Part shown: piece by piece, positions 23,337 through 34,200 of the stretch
Layout of the letters: each line of letters starts with the position of its first letter
How positions within the stretch are numbered: position 1 is the stretch's first letter
Assembly: GCA_028702975.1 (NCBI GenBank)
Contig: JAQVNT010000001.1
Coordinates: 1 to 35,782 of the forward strand
Origin: Candidatus Delongbacteria bacterium
GTDB taxonomy: Bacteria; UBA4055
Direction of reading: 5' to 3'
DNA: 35,782 bases
The notes under the pieces: generated by a model
Told to the model about the DNA's origin: nothing
Seen by the model: the letters and a program-made list of their open reading frames with translations, nothing else
Database searches by the model: none
Translations under genes and position numbers: made by a program

Positions 23337-25157
23337 TTATCTGTACATCCCTCTGTAATCGACCAGTTCAGCGTTCTCTACAAGACCGTTTATCCATTCT
23401 TCGATCATCTGTCTCTGAAGGTAAGATTCGTGTCTCTGCCTGAAAGCTTCTTTCTCTTCGTCATATTTTTTCTGATCGAACTCATCTTTGTCAAGAAGAC
23501 AGACCATATAGGCGCCCTGAACTCCCTTGAACGGGCTGCTTATCTTTCCTTTCTCAAGATTCAGCGCGGTCTCATACATTATCCTGTCGACACCGACATT
23601 ATCAACATATCCGTCAACTGCGAATTTTCCTGACACGCCCGTCTTGAAATTCTTTTCGGCCGCAACAGCGTTCATTGAAAGAGTGTCTGTAACAGATCCT
23701 GAAACTTCTAACATCTTCTGATATGCGATCTCAAGACCTTTATCCTGTCTGATCCTGTAAAGTATGGATTTTCTGACTTCGTCAAGAGTTTTTGCCCTTT
23801 CAGGCTTTATCTCTTTTACTTTCATTATAATATATCCTGCATCCGACACCAGGATGGAACTGACAGATCCGGCTTCGTTATTAAAAAGGAAATCTCCCAT
23901 ACCGGGAACGATGCCAAGTTCTGTAGTGCGGTCGGTTTTCTGCATGAATGGAGCTTCTGCGGTCTTAAGACCCAGCTTTTCGGCGGATGTTTTGAAAGCT
24001 TCGGGACCGCTGCTTCTGTACATTTCATCCCTGAAATTCACCGCTGAATACTGCGCGTCTTCATATGTAGAAGGATATGTTTTAAACTTTACAAGTATAT
24101 GACTTGCTTTAACTTCCTTGACGACTTTTTTCTCGGTCTTTTTGTCTGTGATCTTGATAATATGGTAGCCGAATTTTGTCTTTACGGGGCCTACAACCTC
24201 TCCGATATCGCCGTTGAAAGCCGCCTCTTCAAATTCCGGGACCATCTTTCCTCTCTCAAAGTATCCCAGATCTCCTCCGTTCTGCGCCGAAGGATCTTCC
24301 GAATAGTTTTTAGCCACTTCTTCAAAAGCTATTCCGTTATCGATCTGATTCATGGCATAATTTATATCATCGAGAGCCAGCGCAGAATCTTTTGCAGTCG
24401 GAGCCGTGCTGAAAAGAACATATTCAAAATTCCTCTGCTCAGCTGTTTTGGGGTATTCATTAGGATTGTTCGTGAAATAAGTTTGGATCTCTTCATCGGT
24501 TATCACAGAATCCGCCGGCATAAAATCGTTGATCGGCGCTTTGAGCCATTTCACCTGCACTTTCACATTGGACTGTCTGTATATTTCCTGAAGCTCAAAT
24601 TCCGACAGATAAACAGAATTACCCACTCTGCTCTGAAGAAGTTCCGCCGGCAGCCTTCCTTCGTAAGCGTTCTCGATCATCTTATAAAATTGCTGCATCT
24701 GAGGATTGGGGTTTTTTATGAACTGCTCCCATTTCTTCTGATCGAATACACCGTCCGTCATAAACTCCTGCTGATTCCGAAGTTCGGGAAGCGGATTGTT
24801 CAGTATCTGGTCGTAAACCTGTTCTTTTGACACAGTGATCTTCTGATTCTCGAGTTCCTGTCTGATGACTATCATTTTGACAAAATCATCCCAGGCTTTC
24901 TGCCTTTGCTCAGCGGCTTTTACCCCTGAATAATCTTTATCGCTCAGGCTCTTAACATAACTCTCTTCAAGCTGTTTCAGCTCTGCGTATTTTACATCCT
25001 GACCGTTAATTTTGGCTATAAGCCCCTGCGCCCTGACATCGTTAGAACCGCCTTTAAGCCCGCCCATACCCCAGTCGAATATGATCGTTATTATAAACGC
25101 CGCTACCACGATCCACATCACGATCGCCAGTTTTTCTCTAATCAGTCTGATCATCAT
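23337..25157 (-). CDS. ppiD: Periplasmic chaperone / peptidyl-prolyl isomerase, PpiD-like
   Basis: 606 aa. N-terminal TM anchor, SurA-N-like region, and a parvulin domain (ASHILVKF ... GGDLGYFERGKMVPEFEEAAF ... FGYHIIKI). Confidence 0.78.
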   Translation of the reverse strand: MMIRLIREKLAIVMWIVVAAFIITIIFDWGMGGLKGGSNDVRAQGLIAKINGQDVKYAELKQLEESYVKSLSDKDYSGVKAAEQRQKAWDDFVKMIVIRQELENQKITVSKEQVYDQILNNPLPELRNQQEFMTDGVFDQKKWEQFIKNPNPQMQQFYKMIENAYEGRLPAELLQSRVGNSVYLSEFELQEIYRQSNVKVQVKWLKAPINDFMPADSVITDEEIQTYFTNNPNEYPKTAEQRNFEYVLFSTAPTAKDSALALDDINYAMNQIDNGIAFEEVAKNYSEDPSAQNGGDLGYFERGKMVPEFEEAAFNGDIGEVVGPVKTKFGYHIIKITDKKTEKKVVKEVKASHILVKFKTYPSTYEDAQYSAVNFRDEMYRSSGPEAFKTSAEKLGLKTAEAPFMQKTDRTTELGIVPGMGDFLFNNEAGSVSSILVSDAGYIIMKVKEIKPERAKTLDEVRKSILYRIRQDKGLEIAYQKMLEVSGSVTDTLSMNAVAAEKNFKTGVSGKFAVDGYVDNVGVDRIMYETALNLEKGKISSPFKGVQGAYMVCLLDKDEFDQKKYDEEKEAFRQRHESYLQRQMIEEWINGLVENAELVDYRGMYR

Positions 25158-25275
25158 AAAAAATGCTCCGAAGTTTTTATTTCAACAAAGAAACAACATG
25201 CCTGTTTCCAAAGGACATAGAATATAGCTCTATCATTATAAAATGTCAATCAAAAAATAGTGGAAAATAAGCATT

Positions 25276-27267
25276 TTAATTTCTGACCCGCCCCTCGTCC
25301 GGTTCTTCCGCGAATACGACCTCATAACCCTGTTCAGTGTCGTTTTGCTCCAAAATGTAAGAGTATCCTGCGCAAACTATGGCGTATGAGCTGCCCCGGG
25401 GTCTGATCTCTATCCCGCCTGTTCTGAGAATACCTCCGAGGCTTTCGAAATCCAGGCATTCGTGATCGCCTGATATATACTCACCGTGTCCGCTTCCGAC
25501 AATATACCTCACCGGCATCTGCAGACTGTTTATTATCTTTTCGGTTTCATACCATTTATCGGTCGTAACAAAATAATCTATACCTCTCACATTTGTACGC
25601 ATAAGGTAAGGTTCTATCACGCGGGCAGCCTCGCTTCCTTTGATCCCCGACGCGAACAGAATATTCTCTCCCCGGTTCCTGAGAACGGCGCTTTGACCCG
25701 AAGATGTTTTGAATACATACAGTACCGGGCCGCTCCTGATCAAAAATATCGAGATCACGATCATTATTGTGGAGGCAAAGACAGTCGCGGTTTTGTACCT
25801 GTAATCTTTCAAATAAAATTCAGCTGACAGAACTATGATAAGAGATGCCGTCACTAAAGCGTCAGTATTACCGTGAAGTGTGAAAGTCTCGATACCAGCA
25901 GTATTTTCTTTTATATACATGACGGTTTTCACGATTAATTCTGTGAGATCCGAAAAAAATTCAGCCGCAAGGTCAATTTTATCCGATAAGATGATCAATA
26001 TCCCTGACATAAATGCGGCCGCTGTGAGAGGGATGAGCACAAGGTTTGAAACGATCGAAATAAAGTTATATCTTCCGAAAAGATACAGAACGAAAGGTAA
26101 AAGCCCTATCGTAACCGATGTCGAAAGCAGAAGTCCCTCATAAATTTTCCTCAACAACCGGTTCTCTGTCTTTAAATACCTGTTCAGCCTGACCGACAGG
26201 GGCTGATGAATTAGAACTATGGACAGCACTGAAGTAAAGGAAAGTATAAATCCGGGCATGAATATCTGATTCGGATCGTAAGACAGACTTATCAGGCCCG
26301 CAGTTCCGATAACATCCGTCGTCCGGAGCTTCCTTTTCAGCGGTTTGCTCAGCATCAGTATTATCGTCATCAGAACTGCTCTTATCACCGACGGACTGCC
26401 TCCGGTGAAAACAGCGTAAAATATGAGCGCGGATGAATTCAGGATCACATAAGGCCATTTCTTTAGATTGATAAGTGAATTAAGAATGCCGAGAAGAAGG
26501 ACAACAAAACCCACATGAAGCCCCGATACTGCGAGAAGATGTATTGTTCCGCTGTCGGCGAATTCTTTTATTCTGCCGGTTTCGAGCCTGCCTTTATCGC
26601 CCGTCATTATGGCCGTAAGAAACCCGCCTGCAGTATAGCTCAGCCTGCGGTCAAAGATATCCTCAGCTTTTGACTGAAGTCCGTTAATGAAATGTGCCGT
26701 CCCAGCTTCATTTTTTCTGACATACTTCGGAAATGCGTTGTTTATTTCAGATACCGTGTACCTTATAATGGAGAATGTCTGCCTGTTCGTCTCATACTGA
26801 TTTACGGGTTTTTTAAAAGGCATCAGCCTTCCTGAAACCGCTAAAGTATCGCCGATGCTTAATCCCGTCCTGTTAAGATAAGCTGAGAATTTCGATTTTA
26901 TAGGCATTATCCGTTCCGAAGTTTCCACAGAATCAGAATCTATAACGACAGATGAGGATAAAAGATATTCGTTCAGTCCGGATATCCTGCCGTAAACCGT
27001 CGCATCTTTCTCTTCAAGACCTTTCATCATTTCTCTGATCCTGAACTGGCTGTGGTTATGGAGAGCAAAAATGACCGAACCTGCAAAAAAGACCGTTACA
27101 AAAAGTCTTGATCTTTTAAAAACAAAAAATATGACCGGCGCAAAAAAATATAATATGCCGAACACAGGCGATCTGTACGAACATAATGCCGCCGCAATTC
27201 CTGCCGAAAAGAAAAACAGCAGAGCTATATTATCGGGTCTTTTTGTCATTCCTTTGAATATTATCAA
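25276..27267 (-). CDS. comEC: ComEC/Rec2 family DNA internalisation-related competence protein
   Basis: 663 aa. Polytopic membrane protein with the typical GTIHLLAVSGLHVG competence-domain motif and an N-terminal DUF4131-like OB region. Confidence 0.85.
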   Translation of the reverse strand: MIIFKGMTKRPDNIALLFFFSAGIAAALCSYRSPVFGILYFFAPVIFFVFKRSRLFVTVFFAGSVIFALHNHSQFRIREMMKGLEEKDATVYGRISGLNEYLLSSSVVIDSDSVETSERIMPIKSKFSAYLNRTGLSIGDTLAVSGRLMPFKKPVNQYETNRQTFSIIRYTVSEINNAFPKYVRKNEAGTAHFINGLQSKAEDIFDRRLSYTAGGFLTAIMTGDKGRLETGRIKEFADSGTIHLLAVSGLHVGFVVLLLGILNSLINLKKWPYVILNSSALIFYAVFTGGSPSVIRAVLMTIILMLSKPLKRKLRTTDVIGTAGLISLSYDPNQIFMPGFILSFTSVLSIVLIHQPLSVRLNRYLKTENRLLRKIYEGLLLSTSVTIGLLPFVLYLFGRYNFISIVSNLVLIPLTAAAFMSGILIILSDKIDLAAEFFSDLTELIVKTVMYIKENTAGIETFTLHGNTDALVTASLIIVLSAEFYLKDYRYKTATVFASTIMIVISIFLIRSGPVLYVFKTSSGQSAVLRNRGENILFASGIKGSEAARVIEPYLMRTNVRGIDYFVTTDKWYETEKIINSLQMPVRYIVGSGHGEYISGDHECLDFESLGGILRTGGIEIRPRGSSYAIVCAGYSYILEQNDTEQGYEVVFAEEPDEGRVRN

Positions 27268-27378
27268 ATAAAATTCGGGATTTCAACAGTAAAAAAATAT
27301 CATTTTTTGCATTGAATTAAACCTGAAAAAATCATATAATTAAGGGTCTGAATTATACAGCATTAAAAAAGGAATGAA

Positions 27379-29220
27379 ATGAACAGTACTGCAGGAGCCG
27401 TTAAATACGATGAGAGTAAGATACAGACGCTTTCGTCTTTAGAGCATATAAGGCTGAGAACAGGGATGTATATCGGAAGGCTGGGTGACGGAAGCACCTA
27501 TGAAGACGGCATCTATATTTTGCTCAAAGAGATCGTTGACAACTCAATTGACGAATATATCGAAGGTTACGGCAAAAGGATAGATATAAATATTTCGGAA
27601 AGCAAAGTTTCGGTAAGGGACTACGGAAGAGGAATTCCTCTGGGCAAACTGATCGACTGCGTGTCTGTCATAAACACCGGGGGAAAGTTCAATAGCGATG
27701 TTTTCCAGTACAGCGTGGGGCTCAACGGGGTAGGTACGAAAGCCGTCAACGCTCTCAGCGATCCTTATATCGTCAGAAGCGTCAGGGACGGTAAATTCAG
27801 GGAGCTGACCTTCTGCAGGGGCAAACTCACATCAGACACGAACGGTGAAACAAAAGAGTCTGACGGAACATACACCGAATTCGTGCCGGATCTGGAGATA
27901 TTCAGGGAATATCAGTTTAATTTCGATTATATAAAAAAGAGACTCTATTTCTACGCATACCTGAACAAAGGCCTCAAGATATACTTCAACGGGGATAAGA
28001 TCGTTTCCACGGGCGGACTTCTTGACCTTCTTACCGAGCAGGTGGAATACCCTCTTTACGAACCGATATATTACTGCTCAGATTCGCTTGAATTCGCTTT
28101 TACGCACATCGATTCCTACGGGGAAAGCTATTATTCTTTCGTGAACGGCCAGTACACAAATGACGGAGGAACTCATCAGTCGGCTTTTAAGGAAGCTATT
28201 CTAAAATCAATTAATGAATTCTCGAAAAAGAATTTTGAGGCCAAAGATGTTAGGGACGGAATAGTAGGTGCCGTGGCTGTTAAGGTAAAACAGCCTGTAT
28301 TTGAATCTCAAACTAAGAACAAGCTGGGAAATACCGAGATCAAATTCAAGATCGTATCCGAAATAAAAGATTTTCTTATCGATTACTTTTATAAGCATCA
28401 GGACATCGCAGAACAGATATATCTCAAGATCGCCCTTAACGAAAAGATCCGAAAAGAACTCAAAGCCGTTCAGCAGGAGGCAAAGGAACTTTCGAAGAAA
28501 ACATCCATCAGGATACCCAAGCTCAAGGACTGCAAATATCATTTCAACGAAATTCCGACAGGCAGAAAAAAGGAACTCTGGAGGGGCGACGAGTCCGTAA
28601 TTTTCCTTACCGAGGGTGACAGCGCCGCGGGAAGCATGATATCGAGCAGGGATGTCGAAACTCAGGCTATTTTCGCTCTCAAGGGTAAACTTCTGAACGT
28701 TCACGGTCTAAAACGCGATTATATTTATAAGAATGAAGAGATCTACAACATAATAAAGACGATGAACATTGAGGACGGTATAGACAACCTGAGATATTCC
28801 AAGATAATCATAGCGACTGACTCCGACCCTGACGGTCTTCATATCAGAAATCTGCTTCTGACTTTCTTTCTGCACTTTTACGAGAGCCTCATACTGAAAG
28901 GCCATATATACATTCTGGAAACCCCTCTTTTCAGGGTAAGGAATAAAAAAGAGACCGTTTACTGTTACAGCGACATTGAAAAAAGCGCCGCGATCAAAAA
29001 ACTCGGAGCAGATCCCGAAGTAACCAGGTTTAAAGGACTTGGAGAGATATCGCCAAATGAATTCGGAAGGTTCATAGGTCCGGACATGAGGCTTATCCAG
29101 GTGAGCGTGGAGCATTTGAAGGACATACCCGACGCACTTGAATTCTATATGGGGAAAAACACTCCGGAACGAAGAGCTTACATCATGGAGAATCTGCACA
29201 GGTTTGAAGAAACCGTCTGA
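27379..29220 (+). CDS. parE: Type IIA DNA topoisomerase subunit B (topoisomerase IV ParE-like, short form)
   Basis: 613 aa. LEHIRLRTGMYIG, EIVDNSIDE, GLNGVGTKAVNALS, Toprim LTEGDSAAGS, PDGLHIRNLLLTFF, FKGLGE. The length fits ParE-type better than GyrB. Confidence 0.8.
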   Translation: MNSTAGAVKYDESKIQTLSSLEHIRLRTGMYIGRLGDGSTYEDGIYILLKEIVDNSIDEYIEGYGKRIDINISESKVSVRDYGRGIPLGKLIDCVSVINTGGKFNSDVFQYSVGLNGVGTKAVNALSDPYIVRSVRDGKFRELTFCRGKLTSDTNGETKESDGTYTEFVPDLEIFREYQFNFDYIKKRLYFYAYLNKGLKIYFNGDKIVSTGGLLDLLTEQVEYPLYEPIYYCSDSLEFAFTHIDSYGESYYSFVNGQYTNDGGTHQSAFKEAILKSINEFSKKNFEAKDVRDGIVGAVAVKVKQPVFESQTKNKLGNTEIKFKIVSEIKDFLIDYFYKHQDIAEQIYLKIALNEKIRKELKAVQQEAKELSKKTSIRIPKLKDCKYHFNEIPTGRKKELWRGDESVIFLTEGDSAAGSMISSRDVETQAIFALKGKLLNVHGLKRDYIYKNEEIYNIIKTMNIEDGIDNLRYSKIIIATDSDPDGLHIRNLLLTFFLHFYESLILKGHIYILETPLFRVRNKKETVYCYSDIEKSAAIKKLGADPEVTRFKGLGEISPNEFGRFIGPDMRLIQVSVEHLKDIPDALEFYMGKNTPERRAYIMENLHRFEETV

Positions 29221-29231
29221 TCCGGCTTTAC

Positions 29232-30134
29232 CTAACCTTTATTTTCTATCTGAAGATAGTCCCTTATCTCGCGTTCATTTATTATATTATCCCAGTTGAA
29301 GAACATTAAAGTCGCATCCTTTGCCGACCATGTATAACGAACATAATCCACCGGCACTTTATCATCCGTAGCGAACTCCTGGACCGCCTTCTGCAAAAAG
29401 CCGCAGTATTCTATCTCGTCAACTATCAGCCCGAAGAAAAGATCTGAACTGGTGTGACCGTACAAAATATGCCCTAAGTTTAATATTATCAGCCTGGATT
29501 CTTTCCCCGGCTTTATCTTTTCCTTCATCTCCGAATGCAGGTTGATAACCGGCATCTTTATTCCGCGGACGACCACATGGTGCCTCATTTTTCCTGAACC
29601 GAATGGATAGTCCTTCAGAGTGTCATCTGTAATAATAACGGCTTCCATCACCGAGTTCATGCTCTCAGCCCAATAAGTTCCGCCGATCTTGAATACAACA
29701 TACGGCAGAGGCTCGGGGAAAGTCCTGTCGGGATTAAGCATAGAAAGATTCTTCCTGTCTTTTGATATCTCCAGTATATTCTGAACCGATTCGCCGATCT
29801 TCCTTAACTCATCGCACAATATATAGGCTTTGGAATGATTGAGCCTTTTAGCTTCCAGAAGCGCGTTCATTGAAAGCAGCCTGAGCATTGAACCGAGCTC
29901 AGCCATTCTTTCCTCCACACCGGAGAAAGGTACATTTTCGAACTTGAGCCTGTTGAAAACATCCCTTTCGAACACGAGCATGAATTTCTTGATCTCGACC
30001 GCCACTGAGCCTATCCCCCTGCCCAGCTGCTTGACTTCAGATGCGGCAATATTGAGCTCGATAGACAGGTATGAAAGCACATTTATTATATTTTCAAGAC
30101 GCCACAATTTTCTTTCTTCGATAGTATCCATCAT
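29232..30134 (-). CDS. Hypothetical protein with a CheW-like C-terminal domain and an MCP-signalling-tip-like N-terminal region
   Basis: 300 aa. YVVFKIGGTYWAESMNSVMEAV ... VVVRGIKMPVINLHSEM ... FGLIVDEIEY resembles CheW. The N-terminal LSIELNIAASEVKQLGRGIGSVAVEIKKF resembles the MCP hairpin tip. Weak, by eye. Confidence 0.4.
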   Translation of the reverse strand: MMDTIEERKLWRLENIINVLSYLSIELNIAASEVKQLGRGIGSVAVEIKKFMLVFERDVFNRLKFENVPFSGVEERMAELGSMLRLLSMNALLEAKRLNHSKAYILCDELRKIGESVQNILEISKDRKNLSMLNPDRTFPEPLPYVVFKIGGTYWAESMNSVMEAVIITDDTLKDYPFGSGKMRHHVVVRGIKMPVINLHSEMKEKIKPGKESRLIILNLGHILYGHTSSDLFFGLIVDEIEYCGFLQKAVQEFATDDKVPVDYVRYTWSAKDATLMFFNWDNIINEREIRDYLQIENKG

Positions 30135-30156
30135 TTCTCCTTTTAAATCAAAAAAA

Positions 30157-30184
30157 AGACCCGAACTTGCCGGGTCTTTTTTTT
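30157..30184 (-). terminator. Rho-independent terminator
   Basis: agacccg / aacttgc / cgggtct, flanked by A-runs and T-runs on both sides. It follows the stop of 30183..31052. Confidence 0.7.
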
Positions 30185-31052
30185 AACTTTCTTTTTTTTC
30201 TATTTCTTTCCCGTTTTCAAAATACTTTTCCTCTATTACTTTGCCTTCTTTATCCCATTTGATAAAACGTCCGTGTTTAACATCTTCTTTATAATTTTCT
30301 TCTAATTTTAACTTCCCGTCAGAGTACCAGTTTACAAACTTTCCGTCCTTCTTGCCATGATTGTATTTGGCTTCATACTGCATATTCCCGTTTTCCCACC
30401 AGCCATAGACAGTACCGTGGACTATATCTTCAATGAATTCTCCTTTCTCTTTCATCTGTCCGTTTTCGTACCATGCTATCCTGAAACCGTGCTTTTTATC
30501 GTTTTTGTATGTTTCTTCACCCTTTTTCTGTCCGTTCTCGTACCATAATTCCAATTTGTTGAATCTGATCCCCATAACATAAGTCCCAACTGACTGCTTC
30601 TGTCCGTTTCCCCACCATGTTTCAACAATGCCGTCAATTATACCGTTAACCCAGTGTTCTGATGTGATCAACGTGCCTTCCTGATTCCATTCAAGCAACA
30701 TGCCGTGTTTTTTCCCGTTCCTGAAATCAATTTCAAATTGCTTTGAACCATCTCCAAATCTGTGAATCAGTTTACCGTTGAGAAAGCCGTTTTTGTATTG
30801 TTTTATTACAGTAATTACGCTGTCAGAATTATAATAAATTGCTTTACCCGTGAAAGGATATGGTTTTCCTTTCTCATAACTTACACTATTTTTTTCTTTT
30901 AATTCAGAGATGAGAATTGTTCTTTGATTATTTTCTTCAATATTAAGATCTTTCCCATTTTTTTCAGTTTCATTTTTTTTGGAACAACTGATAAAAAGTA
31001 ATAATACTGATATAACTATCAAGATCATTTTTAAAGTGTTTTTCTTAGGCAT
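30183..31052 (-). CDS. MORN-repeat-variant (YwqK-like) lipoprotein
   Basis: Repeated G.K.G....WYENGQ-type units (WWGNGQK, WYENGQKKG, WYENGQMKEKG, WWENGNMQ, WYSDGKLK). Signal plus lipobox LFISC. I prefer the ATG at 31052 (MPKKNTLK..., GGAAAG upstream). The ORF track starts at a GTG at 31097. Confidence 0.7.
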   Translation of the reverse strand: MPKKNTLKMILIVISVLLLFISCSKKNETEKNGKDLNIEENNQRTILISELKEKNSVSYEKGKPYPFTGKAIYYNSDSVITVIKQYKNGFLNGKLIHRFGDGSKQFEIDFRNGKKHGMLLEWNQEGTLITSEHWVNGIIDGIVETWWGNGQKQSVGTYVMGIRFNKLELWYENGQKKGEETYKNDKKHGFRIAWYENGQMKEKGEFIEDIVHGTVYGWWENGNMQYEAKYNHGKKDGKFVNWYSDGKLKLEENYKEDVKHGRFIKWDKEGKVIEEKYFENGKEIEKKES

Positions 31053-31131
31053 AGACTTTCCTTTTAATTTAATCATTCTACATCGTAAAATATACACAAC
31101 TTTTGGTTTAAAGGCAACAGTTATAAAAAAA

Positions 31132-31160
31132 AGAGACCCGAATTCGGGTCTCTTTTTTTT
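31132..31160 (-). terminator. Rho-independent terminator
   Basis: agagacccg / aatt / cgggtctct followed by T7 (with an A8 run on the other side). It lies downstream of the 1253-aa ORF. Confidence 0.72.
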
Positions 31161-31213
31161 AAAGATTAGAAGTGTTAGTTACCTGCTTCTTTCTGAATCT
31201 CAATTCTTTTTTG

Positions 31214-34200
31214 TTATTTTGCTTTCTTTACTACTAAAGTTTTCGGTGATTCTTTAGTTGAATTCTTTGCAATAACATAGAAGAACATTTTCGATACTGA
31301 TGGAGTGTAAGTGAACTCGCTAACGGCAATGTTATCTTCAAACAAAGTGAATGTGCCGTAAGGATCAGCAGATGAATATACAGCATATGCTGTAGCCGCA
31401 GCTGAATCATCCCAGTTGATATAAACATCCCCGCCGACAATGGATGTTACAATATTTGCGGGAACTGCAGGTATAACAGGTCCTGTTCCGCCAACGGTCA
31501 TGTTTACATAAACATTTTTGTTACTGTAATCTGAAGTTAGCTTAATGGTAGCAGAATAATCTCCTTCAGCTAAGCCAGTAGCGTCAAGACCATAGTTCAA
31601 TGCAGCAGATTCAGATGGGTTAAGGCTTCCCGATGTAGTAATTCCACCATCAATAGTCAACCAATCGCCTATCACTTCTGTACCAGAAACAACAATGTTG
31701 TCTACTTTCCAGTAACCTGTTGATGGTCCTGATTTTGTTATTACAGCTGTAAATCTAAGCTTCATATTGTTTGAAACATTCGGGATTGCAATGTGCTGAT
31801 GCACAGCAGTTGTTGTAGCCGCATTGTTGTAAATAGTAGTCCAGCTAGTTCCACCGTCTATTGAATAATCAACTTTGGAAGAACTGCCTGTTTTGTAGAG
31901 GAATGTCTGGTCAAAATCAAGATATAAATCAACCGCATCTGTTCCGTCAAATACATTAGATGTTAATACTGATGATGAAGTTTGAACGGTTACTTGAGCA
32001 CATTGAGTTCCGTCATTCCAAGTACTACCAGCCCCAGTTACCCATGAACCTGCTACTGTGTAAGGTGATATTCCGGCATTGAAATTATTTGAATGTACAT
32101 CTATACTCCCTGATCCCGGCCAGCTAGTATATTCTATGCTGCCGTTATAATCAAGAGCATAATCACCCACATTACTAATCTGGAAACTTCCGGAATCTGT
32201 ACCATCAACTGGTACGGTTTCGTTTATTATTGCAGCACTAGTTTCAATAATTCCCGGTGTATATCCATAATCAGTAGTCACGATCCTTGTATGCTGATTT
32301 ACATCAGGCATTGGATACCATGTGGACTGAGTTTCGCCGCCCATAATATACCCTTTCCAGCAGGTTGCGCCATAAGGATACATCTGTGATTCTGAAGCCT
32401 GAGTATAATTGATGATCGTTGTACCCGTAGCTGATGAAACAGCTGCGTGGAATGTGCCTGTAAGATCCTGTAACTGAGTATAGGAACTCAAATCAACATA
32501 AGCCCATTTTTGTGTTTCTCCAAGTGTAGCCGGATTTGCAAAAGAAACCGGACTTGGAAGCAAAGGATTACCGGGAATACCGTTATTGTCATCATAAATC
32601 TGAATCAGCATATTAGCGTTTGCAGGCTGGCCCTGATCGGTATAACCCCTTACAACAAGACCTTCTACATCATCATGGAAAGAGGTAAATTTAACAGAGA
32701 CAGCTTCCAGATAATCATATTGAGTATCAGCAGGCGGATTTGTAAGTGTACCTATATAAGTCACAAAACCGTTGTCAAATACACGATGCCACCCGGCTTG
32801 GTAATAATACGGTCCCGGAATGTACCTGTATGTTCCGTAAGTTCCGGTATTGTGAGTCGGAGCATTATCCTGGCATTCGAAGTCATACTCTACATAAGCA
32901 CCAACTGCCTGTGGTGGAATAACAAATGTATATTCGATACCGTTCACGCTAGTAGGGTTGAGTACCTGGTTAGCACCACCATCAACACTATATATTACAT
33001 GAGCGTAGTTAACTCCTGATACATCAATAATATCTGTTACTATTGTGTATCCGTCCTGGTTGTTGTTGTCATAATAGTCTCTTGGTACACTCCACATGAC
33101 AAACGGAGGTGTCAAATCTGATGTGTTGTTAGGAACAATATTTATGTTATCCACATTTGTTCCGGCAGCATTATAACCTTGGTCCGATTGCATAAGGAAT
33201 CTGAATCTGACATTTGACTCTCCTGCAAAAACACCCAGACTGAATGACTTCTGTGCCCATGTCAGTCCTAAAGTTTCAGAACTCCATGTTTGAAGCGTAA
33301 CCCAATTAACACCGTCTTTACAACTTTGGAAATGAAGGTAGTCGAAAGATTCCTCTATCACATATCTCAGGTAGAAATCACAAGTAGCATCAAGCGCGCT
33401 TGTAAAATTCATACCGGGTGCGATTTCACCGATAGATCCGCCTTCAGGTAAAAATTCAAGATCGTCTGCATAGTTTACGCCAGGGCTGTCAGAAAGTGAA
33501 TATGCCCCAGCATATTTATACTGAGTATCAAGACCCCATCCGTTATAAAGTAACCACTGTCCGCTTCCGCTTTCAAAATCATCGTGGAATTCTGTAACAG
33601 AGATCGATACATATACAAAGCTGTAGTTAGATGGATAGGATTCAAGATCAGGGTCAGGATCAGTATAAACAGCTTTTACCATATAGCTGTGAACACCGTC
33701 AGCTGCTGTGTTGTCTACATAACCAGCTGTTGCTGTGTTCGCCAGGAAAACATCATCTCTGTAAACATTATAAGTCAGGTTTTTTGTTCCTTCTGAAGGA
33801 TCCGACCAAGTAACGGTTACCGATCTGTTGAAGTTCAGAGCGAAAACATCATCCGGAGCAGAATAGTAAGATTTTGGAGAAAGTATTACTTCCGACATAG
33901 CGTAGTGGTATAAACCCTGAAGCTCGTCTCCTCCGAAAGTCATAGTTTCCGCACCCGGAACAGCATAACTCGCTGAGTTGTACCAGGTACTTCTTACATA
34001 CATTATCTCTGCGCCACCCGTATTGTCATATCCGTAACCGAGGACTGAATGATTATCAAGACCCAAAATAACAGGCCGTCCAGAATCGATCGCATTCATA
34101 TAGTCTTGGAATGTGTACCCACCAATAACAGTATCGTCTTCTGTTGTTGTAGGATCATCAAATCCATCGATCAGCTGAGTATAATTCAAATCCACATCGT

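Noticed and set aside
24099-24830. 243-aa + strand ORF inside the ppiD-like gene. Also 28207..28704 and 28708..29199 on the minus strand inside parE, and 32510..33019 inside the 1253-aa gene.
   Set aside because: They are antisense to genes with clear family motifs and have no motifs of their own. Long antisense ORFs are expected by chance in AT-rich, stop-poor frames.
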